This document shows positions 39,701-56,609 of a stretch of 64,000 bases of DNA, piece by piece (position 1 is the first letter of the stretch; every line of letters begins with the position of its first letter). The stretch is from NCBI GenBank assembly GCA_020536535.1, contig JAHLWZ010000734.1, positions 1 through 64,000 of the forward strand. The letters run 5' to 3'. The notes under the pieces are model-generated. The model saw only the letters and a list, made by a program, of their open reading frames with translations. It ran no database searches and had not been told where the DNA came from. Position numbers and translations under genes: made by a program. This DNA comes from Pelomyxa schiedti (Eukaryota > Protista > Evosea).

Positions 39701-40171
39701 CTGTTGTGGCTTTAATTGACTCTCAATATAATGAGATTGACTAACAGCAATAATCAAACTGGCCTGCTGTGTGTATATTTCTGAACCAGAAGCGCCTTTG
39801 CTTTCTGGATCAAACACTATGGAGGCTGATAAAATATTTGTTTGAGTTGACAGAATCTTTCATAGTGCTATGTGAGTCACATGCCAGGACCCAAAAATAA
39901 AGGCACAATATAATATTACCTGAAAAGTCGACATAATCTCGTTTCCTATCACTGTCCAGACATTAAAAAACCCACCAAAAAAACCAGACATACACTCAGA
40001 AGCGTACTTCATCTCTTCCGCCGTCATGATATCGATTGAACGCTGCAAGGACGCGAACCATGTCCCCCAAACACACACGGCCGTGATCACCACCAACGCC
40101 ACAGCCACACTAACCTTGATACTCACCTCTCTGCACCTAGGATGACTCTGCTTCTCAGTATTGGCTTTCAT
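36724..40171 (-). CDS. Transmembrane class I 3',5'-cyclic nucleotide phosphodiesterase with an extracellular domain, multi-exon
   Basis: PDEase motifs YHNTVHAADV, HDVGHPGVNN, SVLENFH, LVLATDVSQH, IKTADISN, EFFSQGD, QTNFV. Two hydrophobic segments (near the N-terminus and at ~38530-38590) flank a large loop. Confidence 0.9.
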
Positions 40172-41000
40172 CTCTTAGGTTTTTTGTGCTGCCAGTTGTA
40201 TGTGAGAGACAGCAGGGAGGGAGCCAAATGGTGGGTGAATGAAACAACACAAACAAACAGCAAAACAAACACATAAAATAGAAACAATACAATAACAAGA
40301 AACGGCTTCGTGCTGTGGCGTTCCACACGGGGGTCGTTAGGTCGCCTTTCACGAAAACGAGTCTTCTGCAAGTAAGATAACGGCTGTTGTTCCGTTGTGT
40401 ACCTTTCGAGGAACTGGTTGATTTCAGTTTGGTTCAGTTCACTTCACAAGTCTGGCTGAAAGGTAACTAGACTAGATCCAGAATCTCGGCCCCGGGGGAC
40501 CTTGTTCCAGCTGAGAGTCAGAAGGGCAGGGGAGAGTTTTCTTGCTTTGTGTTTGGAGCAGAGCCGAAAGTGGTTCTTGAACAGCAGGGAATTTCCGCCA
40601 AAACGAAACCACGTAGATCCGGATCAAGATAATTCATAATTTAAAATAAACAACCCGACAACAAACCCACCGCCGCACATCCCCACCTCAAAAAAAAACC
40701 CAACAAGACCCAGCCAAACAGCCACAAGATCGTATTCAATAGGCGTTGGTTAAGCCTTCGCACCCAATAAGGGGCACCACAACGCACCCAGCGGAATTTT
40801 TTCCGCGACGCTTTTTCACATCACCACACCCACTCCTTCCTTCCTTCTCCTTCGCTTATCGTTCGTTTCGACCTCGAAAATCCCGTTCTACTGGTCTCCT
40901 GCTTGGACCTCGCTGTTCAGGGCTGTGGACTTTTAAAGTTGCTCGCACTGAAAATTCCTTCCGATATACTACCTCTGTCTAATAAAATTGGAGCAGCTGC

Positions 41001-42598
41001 ATGACTGCGAGTGTGACACCTTTCCTCGTTCATTTACTTACCTTTAATAACTTTACTCTGGCAGCCACCACCCTGTCTCATACTTCGGATGTCGTGACAG
41101 CACCTTTCAGCTGCAATAGAGCGGTGGTGAACCGTTCTCTCCTTTGTACAGCAGTCCCTTCTCTCAATCAAATGCAACGCCCACAAAACGGCCCTTGTGA
41201 TACTGGCTCCATGTCAGCCTCCTATTCTCTGCACCACCCTGATGCTGTTGCCAATGTAGTTGATGAGATGGTAAACCTAGTTTGTTGGCTTGGTTTGGCA
41301 GAAAGTCTACCCCAACTACGCCTTGCTCCATCCCTTGCATCTGTGCTACGCAATACCCCTTCTCCTGTTGTATGGGAAATTGTACGAGGCCTTCATTCAG
41401 CCAATAATATTCTTCTCAAGACAGCTGGAAGCATGCATTCTTTTCCCCAGCCAGCACCCTCACCTTTTACTCCTTTTGCTCAAGTTATACCTACGGTTTG
41501 AACCCTCTATATGTATTAAACAACTAATTTGGATAGGATAATGGCCCTTGTGAACAAGAGCCACAAAGGAAGAGACCAAGGATTCCTACATTGGAGGGTT
41601 TTAATGGCTACTGTGCCGCTATGTCCGGAACGAGAACACCTGTTCTCACAAGTTCATCTGCTGATACCTCCGATTCTGAAGAGACGTCATGTTACACTTC
41701 GCCGCCCTCTCCAAATAATACACCCGCTGTCACTGGCCCAACGTCCCCGTCAGTGAATAATCAACAGCAAAGCTGCGTTCTTTCTCCGGACTCTTTTCCT
41801 ACAACTCCGGCACCCTCTCCCGTTTGTACTTCTCCCTGTGGGTCTCCTTCTTTTCCTTCGCCGATAGTACCGGCAGTTATGCCAAACTCTCTGTCTCTTC
41901 GCGGGTGTGTCTTCCTTTTTATGTCGATTCTAGTAACCATTTTCCAGAGAAGATCCTGCCATGAGAATCGCCGAAGTGCTCTGTAGTCTACACAAGCATA
42001 ATGGTGCTCCAGCACAATCACCCTGTTTTACAGGGCTAGCACTTAGACATCCCAAGTTGACTACTGGCGAGCTCCTTCAGCATTTGGATATGCAACGTGC
42101 CCAGAATAAATTCTTACCGGGTGATGTTCCGCTACGCCGCCATCAGGAGGAATCTGTAACTCAGCCATCCTTGCCGGACACTCCACTGTTGGAGTCCCCA
42201 CCCGTAGCTTCCGAGTCAGAACCCATGCCAAACTCCAACTCTAATAACTGGGTACATCCTTTTGCTGACTTCCACTTTTTAACAACCAACCCCAGACAAT
42301 ATGCACTTCTTTGCCACAAAAACGGAAACGCAGTAAATTACCTCCTGATGCCACTAAGATTCTCAAGGCTTGGTTATTTTCACATAAGGAAAAACCTTAT
42401 CCAACAGATGACGAGAAGCTTGGTATGGCATCACATAAAGTTTGCTCAACTAACATGTCCACATAGCTTTGGCAGAGCGCACAAATCTGTCACTCTTGCA
42501 ATTGAATAACTGGTTGAGGAAAAATCCCCTCTAAATAAGACTAACAACTTATCAGGTTCACAAACGCTAGGCGCCGTATTCTTCCAAAGGAGGACTGA
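41001..42598 (+). CDS. Hypothetical protein with Pro/Ser-rich stretches, multi-exon
   Basis: Consecutive + strand ORFs (41001-41501, 41591-41986, 41961-42509) can be linked by short GT-AG introns. No domain recognised. Confidence 0.4.
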
Positions 42599-42707
42599 GT
42601 GAATATACCACCACAACAAGTAATTGGGGATTAAAAAAATTGTAAACTTTCTTCCCTCCCAAATTTGTTTCCATTTTCTTTGTCACCGTCGTGATAATAA
42701 CTAATAA

Positions 42708-44113
42708 CTAGTCTTCAACCACAGTGGCACCTTTCATGTCCAGTGTTGGTTGTACAACACTGCATTCTAGACCAGCACTCCTAAACATTCTTGCTATCTC
42801 TTGTCCAATGTGGTCCATGTTGTCTGAGAAAAAAGTAGATTACCATAACTCCACAATAAAGGACCAAATACCTGTGCATAAAGCTAGAACGGTGGGACCA
42901 CTTCCACTAATGACTACACCCAGAAGACCACGTAAATCGGGTCTGGTGAAGATGGAATTGTTGAGTTCTAGGATGGAGGAAAGTCCAGGGGCCAGGGTCT
43001 GCCGGTAGGGCTGATGCACAGTATCACCAATGCAATTAGGGAACTGCGGGATTGAAACGGTTTCGGTTAGTTTAGAGAAGTGTAGGAGGAAAGATACTAA
43101 GGAGGTATCTCCTGTGATAAATCCAACCATGAGGGCTGATAGGTGCTGGATAGTGAAAACCTGATTGGTTCTTGAATGGTGGGTGAAAGAGGAAGTTGGG
43201 GGATACCATATCTTCGCGGCTGTAATGAGTAGGAAGTAGAGTGCGGGCGTGAACAGTCGATTTCTCTTTTTCAGGAATTACAACGACGAACTGTGAAGAG
43301 GGTTAAATGAGAAACGGCAAGGAATATGTTACTTTGAATTTGTCGTGTAGTGGGAATCTGGTGAATGTAGGCAATGAAGGGTGATTTGGCTTCAAGCATG
43401 CTATGCACCCTCCAGCAAGAGCAGCGGTTACATTGTCTGGGTGGCCTACAAATCTGAGAAGAAAAATGTGAGAGGAATGCTTGCATACCCTCGAGTTCAG
43501 ATGTGTGTAATAGGAGTTCTTCGAAAGAAATTGGTAAACGGCACGCATGCTTAGCTATTAAAGCGCCAGCAATCCGGGCTGCTCCACTTGATCCTAGGCC
43601 TCTTCCAAGAGGTATGGCATTATTAACCTGGAAAATGGATACTTAATAACTTGGGGGTTTGGTTAGAGCACAATACCCTCAATGTAAGGGAGGGTAAAAT
43701 GGCACCAAACTTTTTGCTTGTAATGACTGCTGCTTGTACAATCTATTAATATGTGGTCTTAAGGATTAAGAACCAAGAAAGTAACTGGCTAGTAAAAGAG
43801 AGTACTTACTACGTTGGAAGAATCCAGTGGTACAGAACCAGAACCAGACCCACAATGTGTTACGCTCACTGTTCCCAGTCCATTATATTCAGCGGTCACA
43901 TCAACCTGCCGAAAGCGAAAAATATCAATGCCTACGGTACTGTGCGCATCCCACAAGCCAAATGCACGGCCACATTCTGAGCACTACCTCCAAGTAAAGG
44001 GACACCGCGAAACCTAGAGAATCAAAGCCAGGCCCAATGTTGCATATTGAGGCAGGCACACGAACTTTGAACGAGCAACTTTTAGTACCTCCCTCCACAC
44101 TGCAGCTTGACAT
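42708..44113 (-). CDS. thrB: Homoserine kinase (GHMP kinase family), multi-exon
   Basis: [21 protein letters not shown]; [13 protein letters not shown]; [13 protein letters not shown]; DTVHQPYR; [12 protein letters not shown]. Confidence 0.95.
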
Positions 44114-44381
44114 TTTCTCCAAGAATCTTTTTGTCTTCAAATGAATTGATACTCCCTCACATCATTTGTCCTGCACAGGACGTTCTGCTCAGCATATCCG
44201 TTCCTGATCTCATGATTGTATCCCTCTCAATCGCTCCCTATCTGTCACAGGAAAGAGCATTGGAAAGAAGCTTTCCCTACTGGGAAACCTCTGTTGTTTC
44301 GTGTTTTTGGCTGTTTGAGCTTTTCAAGCTAGATGTCTGGGTGTAAGGGCAAACAAACCAACACAAACAACAACAGAAGAA

Positions 44382-45312
44382 ATGGTGGAGCAAATGGTTG
44401 GTACGAATCCGCCGATTGTGGAGTGCCTAGTGAAGAATGCAGCTAGTTTACCGGACTTAGCTACGATGTGCCACGTTAGCAGGCTCTTTAGGTCCTTTGC
44501 CTCACCGTATGCTATCGCCCTTGGTTTTTCCCCGCAACCCAAAACGCTACCCCCAATGATTTGGTGAGTTACCTTACTGTTTGTAGAAAGCTTAGGCAGA
44601 TACGATCGTCAATGGTAATCTTCCTTCCGCGGAGAGAACCACCCCCAGAGCCTGATCCTGGTCTATATCAGGAGAGGGTGGCAGTACTTGGGGAGAAGGC
44701 CACCGGGAAAACGTGCCTATCTACTCGCTTGCACAGTGACAGTTTCTCTGAGGAATACGTCCCTACTGTGGGTAGTGTGTTTTTCACCAAACCAGTTTTG
44801 GAGGGACGCGAAATGGCAATGTGGGGTATGAACAATATTGCTTTTTCCAAGGAATTTACATGTGTTGAATAGATACCTCTGGTCAGGATATGTATCGGCC
44901 ACTGGTATCACATTTCAGCACCTAGTACACTTTTGCCTAACCATTCTCTAGCTTCCGATGTATTATACCTGCGCCAATGTTGTTATTCTTGTGTACGACA
45001 CCTCAAACAGGGACAACGGTTTTGCCTTCGTGCAAACCATTGCTCCCGACGTTCACGCCAAGACACCTGCAGGAAATGTACAAACTTGCAAGTACGGCCT
45101 AATGTATGACCTAACGACCCAAAAAGATTATACTATGCGGGACTAAGTGTGATTTACCACGAGGGCCAAATGGTGTGTCATTTGAAGAAGGATACAGAAC
45201 AGCGAAATGTGTTGGTGCAGTGGCTTTTGTTGAGACATCAGCCAAGACTGGGCAGAATGTTACCAAATTGTTTGAAGCTGTTGGGAAGCTGCTGGCTCCC
45301 CATCAGTCCTAA
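44382..45312 (+). CDS. Rab-like small GTPase with an N-terminal F-box-like extension, multi-exon
   Basis: GEKATGKT, YVPTVG, WDTSGQD, GTKCDL, ETSAKTG. N-terminal LPDLATMCHVSRLFRSFA resembles the C-terminal half of an F-box. No C-terminal Cys. Confidence 0.75.
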
Positions 45313-45504
45313 CAAAGACATACTCCAAAGGAAACCACATGTCATGTAACAGTATTGAACAAACAAAACTATGGAAAGCCTATGTTTTTTCTTCGTGTTT
45401 GAGAATAGAGGTGAATATGCTAAGGTTTGTGTTTGTTTGTCAAAGGGAGGAAAAACCGCTTGTGGGCTGAAGTCCACAGAAAAATTGATACATGCCTAAT
45501 CTTA

Positions 45505-46606
45505 CTAGCAACACCCATTGTTTGGTGGTGGTTCAGGAGCTACGGGGTCTGGGGCTACAACAGGGACTGCATCTTCTGCGGGTTGTAGAGCGTCTGTGAT
45601 TGAAGAGAGTTCAAGAACGCATTTTGCAAGCTTTTGCATAGCAACATCTAGTGGTTTAGTTTAAGTCAATAGAAGTTAAACCTAATCTCGGCTTACCTAT
45701 GTTGGTGTTGTTCATTGCAGATGTGGCCACCCTGCAAAAAAATGTAAATCAGCGGTAATAAACTGGAAAAACGTACCAGCCAATGAAGTGGTTATCTTGA
45801 ACAAACTTGTCAAGTACTTCAGGATTCGGTACAGTTTGTGAGTCACACTATATTCTCGTTAGAAATGTTCCGAGTGGGGGAGCTTGTATCACCTTGTTGG
45901 CTATAAGCAGGCAGGGAATGTTCTCTCCATTGGCCAACTTCACTTTCTGATCAACATCTTCTTTCCACTAATAGTTTGAGTAATTAAAATAAAACCCAGT
46001 GACTCACTTTTATGACACCCTCGAAGGTTGCAGGCCTCTGTAGATCGTAAACTATTTATTTTTGGTGAGTAGGGTTGAAACCGACAGAGAAATATACCTA
46101 TAAGAGCAGCAATTGCGTATTTATAGTACGATCGAGTCATACTGCCTTCAATTATTATAAAGTGTGAGGCAAGAAAAGAGTTGTAAAAAGGAGACCGAAT
46201 CTCTCGTGCCCTGCAATGTCCCACAGCTGTTTTAGTTGTTACTTGGAGGATAGAATAGCCTTTAAACAACCTGTAGAGTGACTGTTGTATCGTCAACTGT
46301 CACTTCTTTTACACTAAGCCAAAAAGTTGTTAGTGTTTGTAAAAACAAACTAAAGAAAAAGCGAGTGCTTGGTAAAAGAAAAGTGCTAAGGGAAGAGACC
46401 GCACGCGAAATCAACGCCAATAGTGAGTTTGTAGTTTGGAGTAAAGATACCCTCGCAATAACGCTTGATGATACTGGTTTTCCCCACGGCATAATCTACG
46501 AGGGAGGGAAAAAGCGCATTACGTTGTTATGTAGGAACAAACAAACGATGAAATGAGTGCCCGCACCGCCAATGACCAGAATTTTATACAAATGTCTCGT
46601 CGCCAT
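45505..46606 (-). CDS. Rab32/38-like GTPase, multi-exon
   Basis: MATRHLYKILVIGDYAVGKTSIIKRY; LWDIAGHERFGSMTRSYYKYA (WDIAG is the Rab32/38 signature); IPCLLIANK; TSA; C-terminal GCC*. Confidence 0.88.
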
Positions 46607-46844
46607 GGCCCTTTGTTATCTTGCTCGATTTGAAAAAATTATTTGCTTTTACTTCTCCAACACTTTTTTTTCAAACAAGATCAATCTGGTGGCACCTTAT
46701 CCGGGGATTGAGAGTGTCAATCTGTCAAAAGTCCAAGTCTCCTTTTACCCGCACGAAGTGGGTATTGTGGCTAGTGCCATAAACCAAGTTGTTTCATAAA
46801 ATGGCCAGCAATAATTCCATAGAATCAGGAATTTTTGATTGGAG

Positions 46845-47834
46845 TTAACTAGAGCCAAGGTATTGCTCTGCAGTCATAAACTTCACTCCTATTTGAGCAC
46901 ACATAGCACGGACTGTGCGGAGGCCAAATTCCGCATCGGGCATGCCGTAGTCTTCGCCTAGGAGTTGTGTGCAGGCGTCGTGGATGATGCAAACATTAGC
47001 CTTTGGGAACATCTGCTTGGCGTTTGATGCGCTCTGGAAAACACAAATGCCTGAATAGGAGGGATTGATTAGCAGGATTCGGGAGAAAGGGGTTGTGTTG
47101 GATACCTAGAACGGTCCCTGTGAACAAGAAATCAACACCCTCGCCCAATCCATACTGCTTGCGGTACAACGTGAAAGCGTTGTAGTCTGTGTCGTTGACT
47201 CCGGCCATAGGCCCGATGTGCGCCGTGGAGTACAAGGAAACGCCGTTGAACTCACTCTTGGCAGATATAACGTAAGGATATTCACCAAACCTAGCAGGGT
47301 CTACAGACTTAGCACCAAATGTTGCCTCCACATCCTCAACAGTGTAGGCAGGAACAGCAGGGTGAGAGTCGCCGTTGTAAGCCTGGAATTGGGCACAGCG
47401 CGGCACAATAACAGCGGCTTTCCATCCCTTAGCGTCGATAACATCCTGAAGTGGCTTGGTCAACAAGCACGAGGTCGACTTCCCAGAATACACTGGCGAA
47501 GGGTGAGGCTCGTCCCTTTTCAGCAAATTGTGTGCCGGATACAAGCCACCTTGCTCCACAAACTCCAATGCGCCGCGGTGATGCACGTCGCACGTGTAGA
47601 CAGCCCGATCGCATGCTCTTAAAATTTTAGCAGCTGCAGCCTTCTCCTCTAAAGACGTGCCAGAGTAAAAACTACGCAGGGAAAAAAAAGAAAACGCAAA
47701 AAAAAAAAAAAGGCGTTAAACAACGAGCTGGTGCATTTTATGAAGGGGGATGCACCCCACCTGCCGTTCGGATCGACGAATGCCTCACTCCAGTCGACAA
47801 GTACGTTAATTCTCACAGGCCTCCTGGTTGCCAT
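46845..47834 (-). CDS. Isochorismatase-family cysteine hydrolase (nicotinamidase-like), multi-exon
   Basis: Asp in VLVDWSEAFVDPNG; metal ligands TCDVHH and GLYPAH; Lys in ISAKSEF; after splicing FTGTVLGICVFQSA supplies the nucleophile Cys; IIHDAC. Confidence 0.75.
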
Positions 47835-48068
47835 TTTTTTTATTTTTTGATTTCTGCAGCAGGTCAACTTGATCAGCGCAGGGAACTGCTGTCTCCAGAG
47901 AGTTAAGGACTTGTCGACTGGAGGGTGCTTGTATTCTCAATAAGCAGAATCCTACTCCCAAAGGTTTCTTTGAAAAGAGTCCCCGGCGAACCTTTCAAAT
48001 AAATCTGTCAAAAACCGAACCAAGCGAACTCATAAAAATAACAAACAAATAAAAAAAAACCAAAGGCG

Positions 48069-49060
48069 ATGTCGGCCACGCCCGTAGCACCGGCGTCAGG
48101 TGGAGGCGATAGGGTTAAGTTGGTGGCCGTTGGAGATGGTGCAGTGGGCAAGGTAGGGTGGTTCTCCCCCTATCAATCGGTTTTTCACGTCGCCGTAGAC
48201 TTGCTTGCTCATTTGCTACGCAAAAAACGAATTCCCAGAGAAATACGTACCAACTGTACACTCCCGTTCCCTTCACTTCCTAAAAGAAAGCAAACCCCAT
48301 CACCCCATTTGCTTGCCAAAATGCACGTGCACAACATTCTTAACCAAGCAAAGGTTTTTGAAAATTATGTAAAAGTTGTAAACAGACCAACGGTAGGCCA
48401 CCCTCATTCTAATGGTAATTCCATAACACGGTTTACACGACAGGGAGAATTATGCTTTGAATTGTGGGATACTGCTGGTGTGTCGTTGATTTTCCATTAT
48501 CCTCACTTATATTCCAAAGGCCAGGAAGACTTTGATCGTCTTCGCCCCTTGTCGTATGCTGTTGACAAGAAGCAAATATCTCTGCTCACTTTCGCACTAG
48601 ATACCCAGATACTGACATTGTGTTGATATGTTTCAGTTTAGTCTCCAGGAGATCCTTCGATAACGTGAAGGTAAAGGGTTGTTGTTTCCATTTGTAGGGC
48701 TCAGTTTAAATAGGATCGATGGTACCTAGAAATTAGACATTACTGTCCAGGTACAACAAGAAATAAAAATGTAAACCATAAGTAATACTCTTCTTAGATG
48801 TACCAACCATTGTTGTTGGTCTCAAGTCAGACCTACGCGATGCTAATGCCGCAGATGCTATGACAGGCAAAGTTGACAACATAAGCACTGAGGAAGGCCA
48901 ACAAGTGGCCACGAGTTTGGGGGCATCCGTGTACATGGAAGCAAGTGCCAAGACTAGGAAAGGGTTGGATGAAGTGTTTACTGCGGCGATAGACATTGCT
49001 ATGACAAAAAAGAAACCCGCAACCCCACCAGAGAAGAAGAAGCGGTGCAGTATCCTCTAA
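48069..49060 (+). CDS. Rho/Rac family small GTPase, multi-exon
   Basis: KLVAVGDGAVGKTCLL; YVPTVFENY; LWDTAGQEDFDRLRPLSY; VGLKSDLR; EASAK; polybasic KKKR followed by CAAX CSIL. Confidence 0.95.
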
Positions 49061-50018
49061 AAAGTTTTGTGTTTGATGCCTTGTAAACCAAAAAGTGTTG
49101 TGAAAATTTTTCTCCAAACCCCAACAAACAATCATCACAAAAAATCCCAGCCTCTTTGTTGCTACCAAAAGCCGAAAGTTTGAGCCCAATACCCCCACCA
49201 ACCAGTGCACCAACCAACAAGCAAAGCAACAACAACCGACACCAAGAGAAGAGGGTGCCACGTTGTCTGATATCGATAGATATGGGGGAGTACATACACA
49301 GCAGGACTGTGATAATCGGAGGGAGGGCTGGTGACGGGAACTCAACACGATGGGGGTCATTGTCTGAGTGGGACGAGCCTGGCTGGGGCATGCGCTTCTA
49401 CGTACGTCCCAACACACCTCGTATCAATATCGTAATACTGGTTGTGCTGTGCTGTAATCTTGCTTTTAAATAATAATAATAACGGGGTTAATTATCTATG
49501 GGAAAGATTGACGAGTAGATAGGTTGATCAGGATGGTGTGGTGAGTGGCGGAAACTCGAATGAATCTTCAGGGCCACAAAAGAGAAAAACCTACACTGGA
49601 ACATTCAGAAACAATCACCTCAACGTAACCAGCAACCACGGTGTACTATATCAAGCTGATGTCAAGGTCTGTTTGATTTTGCAGTACTATTATCTATTAT
49701 ATTATGGAATACTCTATGCCCACAAGTCGCAGTACATTACATATTTCCTCTTTCTTTCTTTCCTTACCTTATTCACACAATACAAACAATCACTTTCCAA
49801 ACACAGGATGGTGAAATGTGCACTATATACATATCGCACCCTACATCAGGCAACGCCCTTGGAAAAGGACGAGTTACTATCAGGAATGGTGGTGTTGTAC
49901 AGCTAAACTAATCATAGATACCTTTGCCTCGGTAATGGCAAAAAACCAAAAGAAAATTGTATTTTTTTTTTAAACACAAGTGTTATTTTGAATAAAAGGA
50001 CGATGTGGTACTCCCACA

Positions 50019-53473
<3,455 letters not shown>

Positions 53474-53614
53474 TTGATCTACGCAGAACAAATAAAAATC
53501 TGCAAACGAAAAAAAAAAAAAGAAAAGGGCAGAGTGCAGTTGCCCGGCAGGCAATTAACCTAACAGATCTGTTTCGTTTCGTATCGTTTTTTTCCCACTT
53601 AGTTTTTTTTAATG

Positions 53615-56534
53615 TCACACAGCTTCGTGGGCCGTGCGTGAAATGATCTCGTCTTGTAGACTCTTCCCTAGATCACAGAAATAATCGCTGTATCCCGCAA
53701 CACGCACGATGAGATCTCTGCAAGTAAAACAGCATGTGAGATTGATTGTTAGGAACAAGAAAAGGACGAGATGGAGGGGGTCACCTGTATTGTTCTGGGT
53801 GGTTCTGGGCTTGTATCAAGGTCTCGCGGTCAACGACATTAAATTGTATGTGGTGGCCGTCTAGTTTGAAGTATGTCTTTATCAGATTAACGAGTTTATC
53901 CAGTGCTGCATCTCCTTCAAGCACCTTTGCGATATTAATTGGCAGAAAGAAAAGGTAGGTGAATAGAATAACCTTTGGAGTAAATCGCATATTCAATAGG
54001 GTCCCGCCGGTGCGAATATGATCCATTTTTGCAACAGATTTCAGAACCGCTGTCGGTCCGTTACGATCTGCACCTTGAACAGGAGATACCCCTTCTGATA
54101 ATGGGAGTCCAGCCTTTCTACCATCTGCACTTGCCAGTGTCACCGAGCTACATCTTTAAGCAACCAGAAAAAAGAGAAGTCAAACATACCCAAAATAGAC
54201 ATGGCAAGTTGTTGGGAGCATCATTACGTGGTACCAACCACCCTTAGTATTTGGTCGGCCCTCTACGCATTGTACAAATGACTCAAACACCTGGCACATG
54301 ATGGAATCCGCTTCATCATTATCATTTCCATATTTCGGAGTATGGTTCTGAAGCATCAATCTTATTCGCTCCCCACCAAGGCCACTGAAATTACTTTTTA
54401 ATGCGGCACTTAATTGGGCTGCTGAAATTTGACTTGCAGTTGAATCATGTTGGAAAAGGAGATGATTTAATGCAGATAGGCAATCGGTAATAGTTCCTAT
54501 TCCTACACCCTGAATGTAGGTGTTGTTGTACCGAGCTCCTCCACTGTTGTAGTCTTTAGCTTTTTTAATACAATCAGAGACCAGAATCGATAAAAATGGA
54601 GCTGGCATATTTTCTGCATATAGTCGTTCAATTACATTATTTCCTCGAACCTGGTTCATTTGTTAACAACTTGAAATGGTGGAAAACATACCTTGATATC
54701 AACGAAATGTTTCAACTGTGTCCGAAATGAAGACAGAATATCGGCAAACGAATGGAAACTCTCAAGTGTTACTCCTGTGGGAACTCCAATCATGTTTCCG
54801 GTGCGGGCATCCAAGCCCCCATTAAGTGCAATTTCCAGTATTTTCGGCAGGTTGAGGTATCCTGTGAGGTTGCAGTTTTCCTTTCCATAACATGACACCT
54901 CCACACATCCACTTGAGCCACCTTCCCTAGCATCGGCTAGAGAAGCACCGTTTCTCACGAGTTCCTGTACTATTGCATCGGTATTGAACATAGAGGGCTG
55001 GCCAAAACCAGTCCGAGAAATTCTTGCTGCATGCTTTAATAAGGAATCAGGGCTCCGCTTGCTTACTTGGACTGAAGCACTTGGTTGAAGAAGTCTCATT
55101 TGTTCAACTACGTCGAGTATTGCATGGGTTGCTGGTGTTGTGGCATCAGAGCCATCGTTGTGCAAACCCCCAACACCAATTTGGGCAAAATCTGTATATG
55201 TCATACTCTCTGCAGCTGTTACACCGGTTTTTGGGGGTGCTGGTTGATTGTTGAATTTGATCCAAAAGCATTGCAACAATTCACGTGCTCCTGTTTCTCC
55301 CATTTCCTCGGACGAACAGGCTTCAGTCCACCATCCAGCAATATGTTGATCCAAATGCCCAGGGGAGAAAGAATCCCACGTATTCAACTCGGTCGTAACT
55401 CCAAGATGGCAAAACCAATACATTTGCAGAGCTTCCCACAAATTACTAGGCGCGTGTGCTGGTACCTTCCGGCATATAGTAGCTATCTTCTCTAGTTCAC
55501 CTTTTCTCCTAACCTGTTCAGGTGTTCCACTGACAGGTATGGCCTCTGCCATCTCAAGAGCTCGTTGTGAATAGCGAGTCGAGAGCGTAATGAGAGACGT
55601 TGCACAAATTCGCATTGCGTGTAGTTGTTCTGATTTACTATGTGCCATAGGGTCGTTCAACCAATCAAGTAAAGAAAGCTGAAGGTCGATTTCTTCAATA
55701 AAGTTAAGCATTCCTTTGTGATAAATCTTATTATCTAGAACACAATGTCCAGGTGCTCTCTATGGCACAATGGTAGGTTGAGAGGAAAAAATTGAAGGTG
55801 CACCTGTTCCATGAATTCCGTGAAGATCCCAGCCTTGTATGCCTGGATCCAATCGGGAGTCATCTTGGAGAAGATTACCTCACGTATGCTGCGCCCTGTC
55901 CAAAATGGAATAACTTTTTCTGCAAAAACCTATCCTGCTCAATGAGCCAAACGATGCGAATCACTCAGAACAGACCTGTCTTGTTTCAGTGGTTACATGA
56001 AATGGAACCTTTTCTCTTGAATTGAGGCAGTCGAGGTCTTCCAACGAATGGCAACACAACTCAGGATAAGTTGGGCAGTGCTTAGGGGCCGGACCCTTCT
56101 CTCCAACTATGAGCTCATCTTCCCCAATGTAAATTGTGCAATGAGAACATAGATACTGGAACAACAGTGCCCGGATTCTTACAGGGCTCGTTGTTACCAA
56201 TGAACAAAATTCCTTTTTAGTTAAAACAGAGGTTACTGGAGCCACACCGGAAAGAAACAAATCCAAAACAACACTCAAGTAAAAAAAAAAAAAAAAAAAA
56301 ACAAAAAACAGAAAAGTTGAAACAACAAACTGAGACACAAGAATCTGCCAACGGTTGAGTAGAGCAGCCCACGTAAAAATCAGTTACGAGGGACGCCCTC
56401 TCACAGGACAGAGCCTCACGTGCCCTCACACTTCCTTCACGTAGCCTCCTCACCCTCTCCGTCGCCATCATCCCATAAGTGGAAGTAGCTGCTGCTGTGC
56501 CCACGTCCGTTGCACCGCAGCACGAAGTAGTCAT
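53615..56534 (-). CDS. hypD: Glycyl radical enzyme, trans-4-hydroxy-L-proline dehydratase (HypD)-like, 8 exons
   Basis: Gly loop [13 protein letters not shown]; Cys loop SGCVE. HypD-type segments [101 protein letters not shown]. Confidence 0.93.
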
Positions 56535-56609
56535 TTACTTCCCGTTGCGCTTTCTTGAAGTTGTCACAGACTTCGCAGAAAAAGGGGATTGATGCTTTGT
56601 TGATAGCGA
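56535..56609. promoter_or_regulatory. 75-bp intergenic spacer, putative bidirectional promoter of the GRE and its activase
   Basis: Divergent ATGs at 56534 and 56610. Confidence 0.6.

Noticed and set aside
49156-49906. ORFs between the Rho gene and the helicase
   Set aside because: No recognisable motifs or consistent exon chain, so a gene call cannot be supported.
53615-56534. Annotating the GRE as pyruvate formate-lyase
   Set aside because: It has a single-Cys GCVE loop rather than the PFL Cys-Cys pair, HypD-specific segments throughout, and its activase has the ferredoxin insert that PFL activase lacks.
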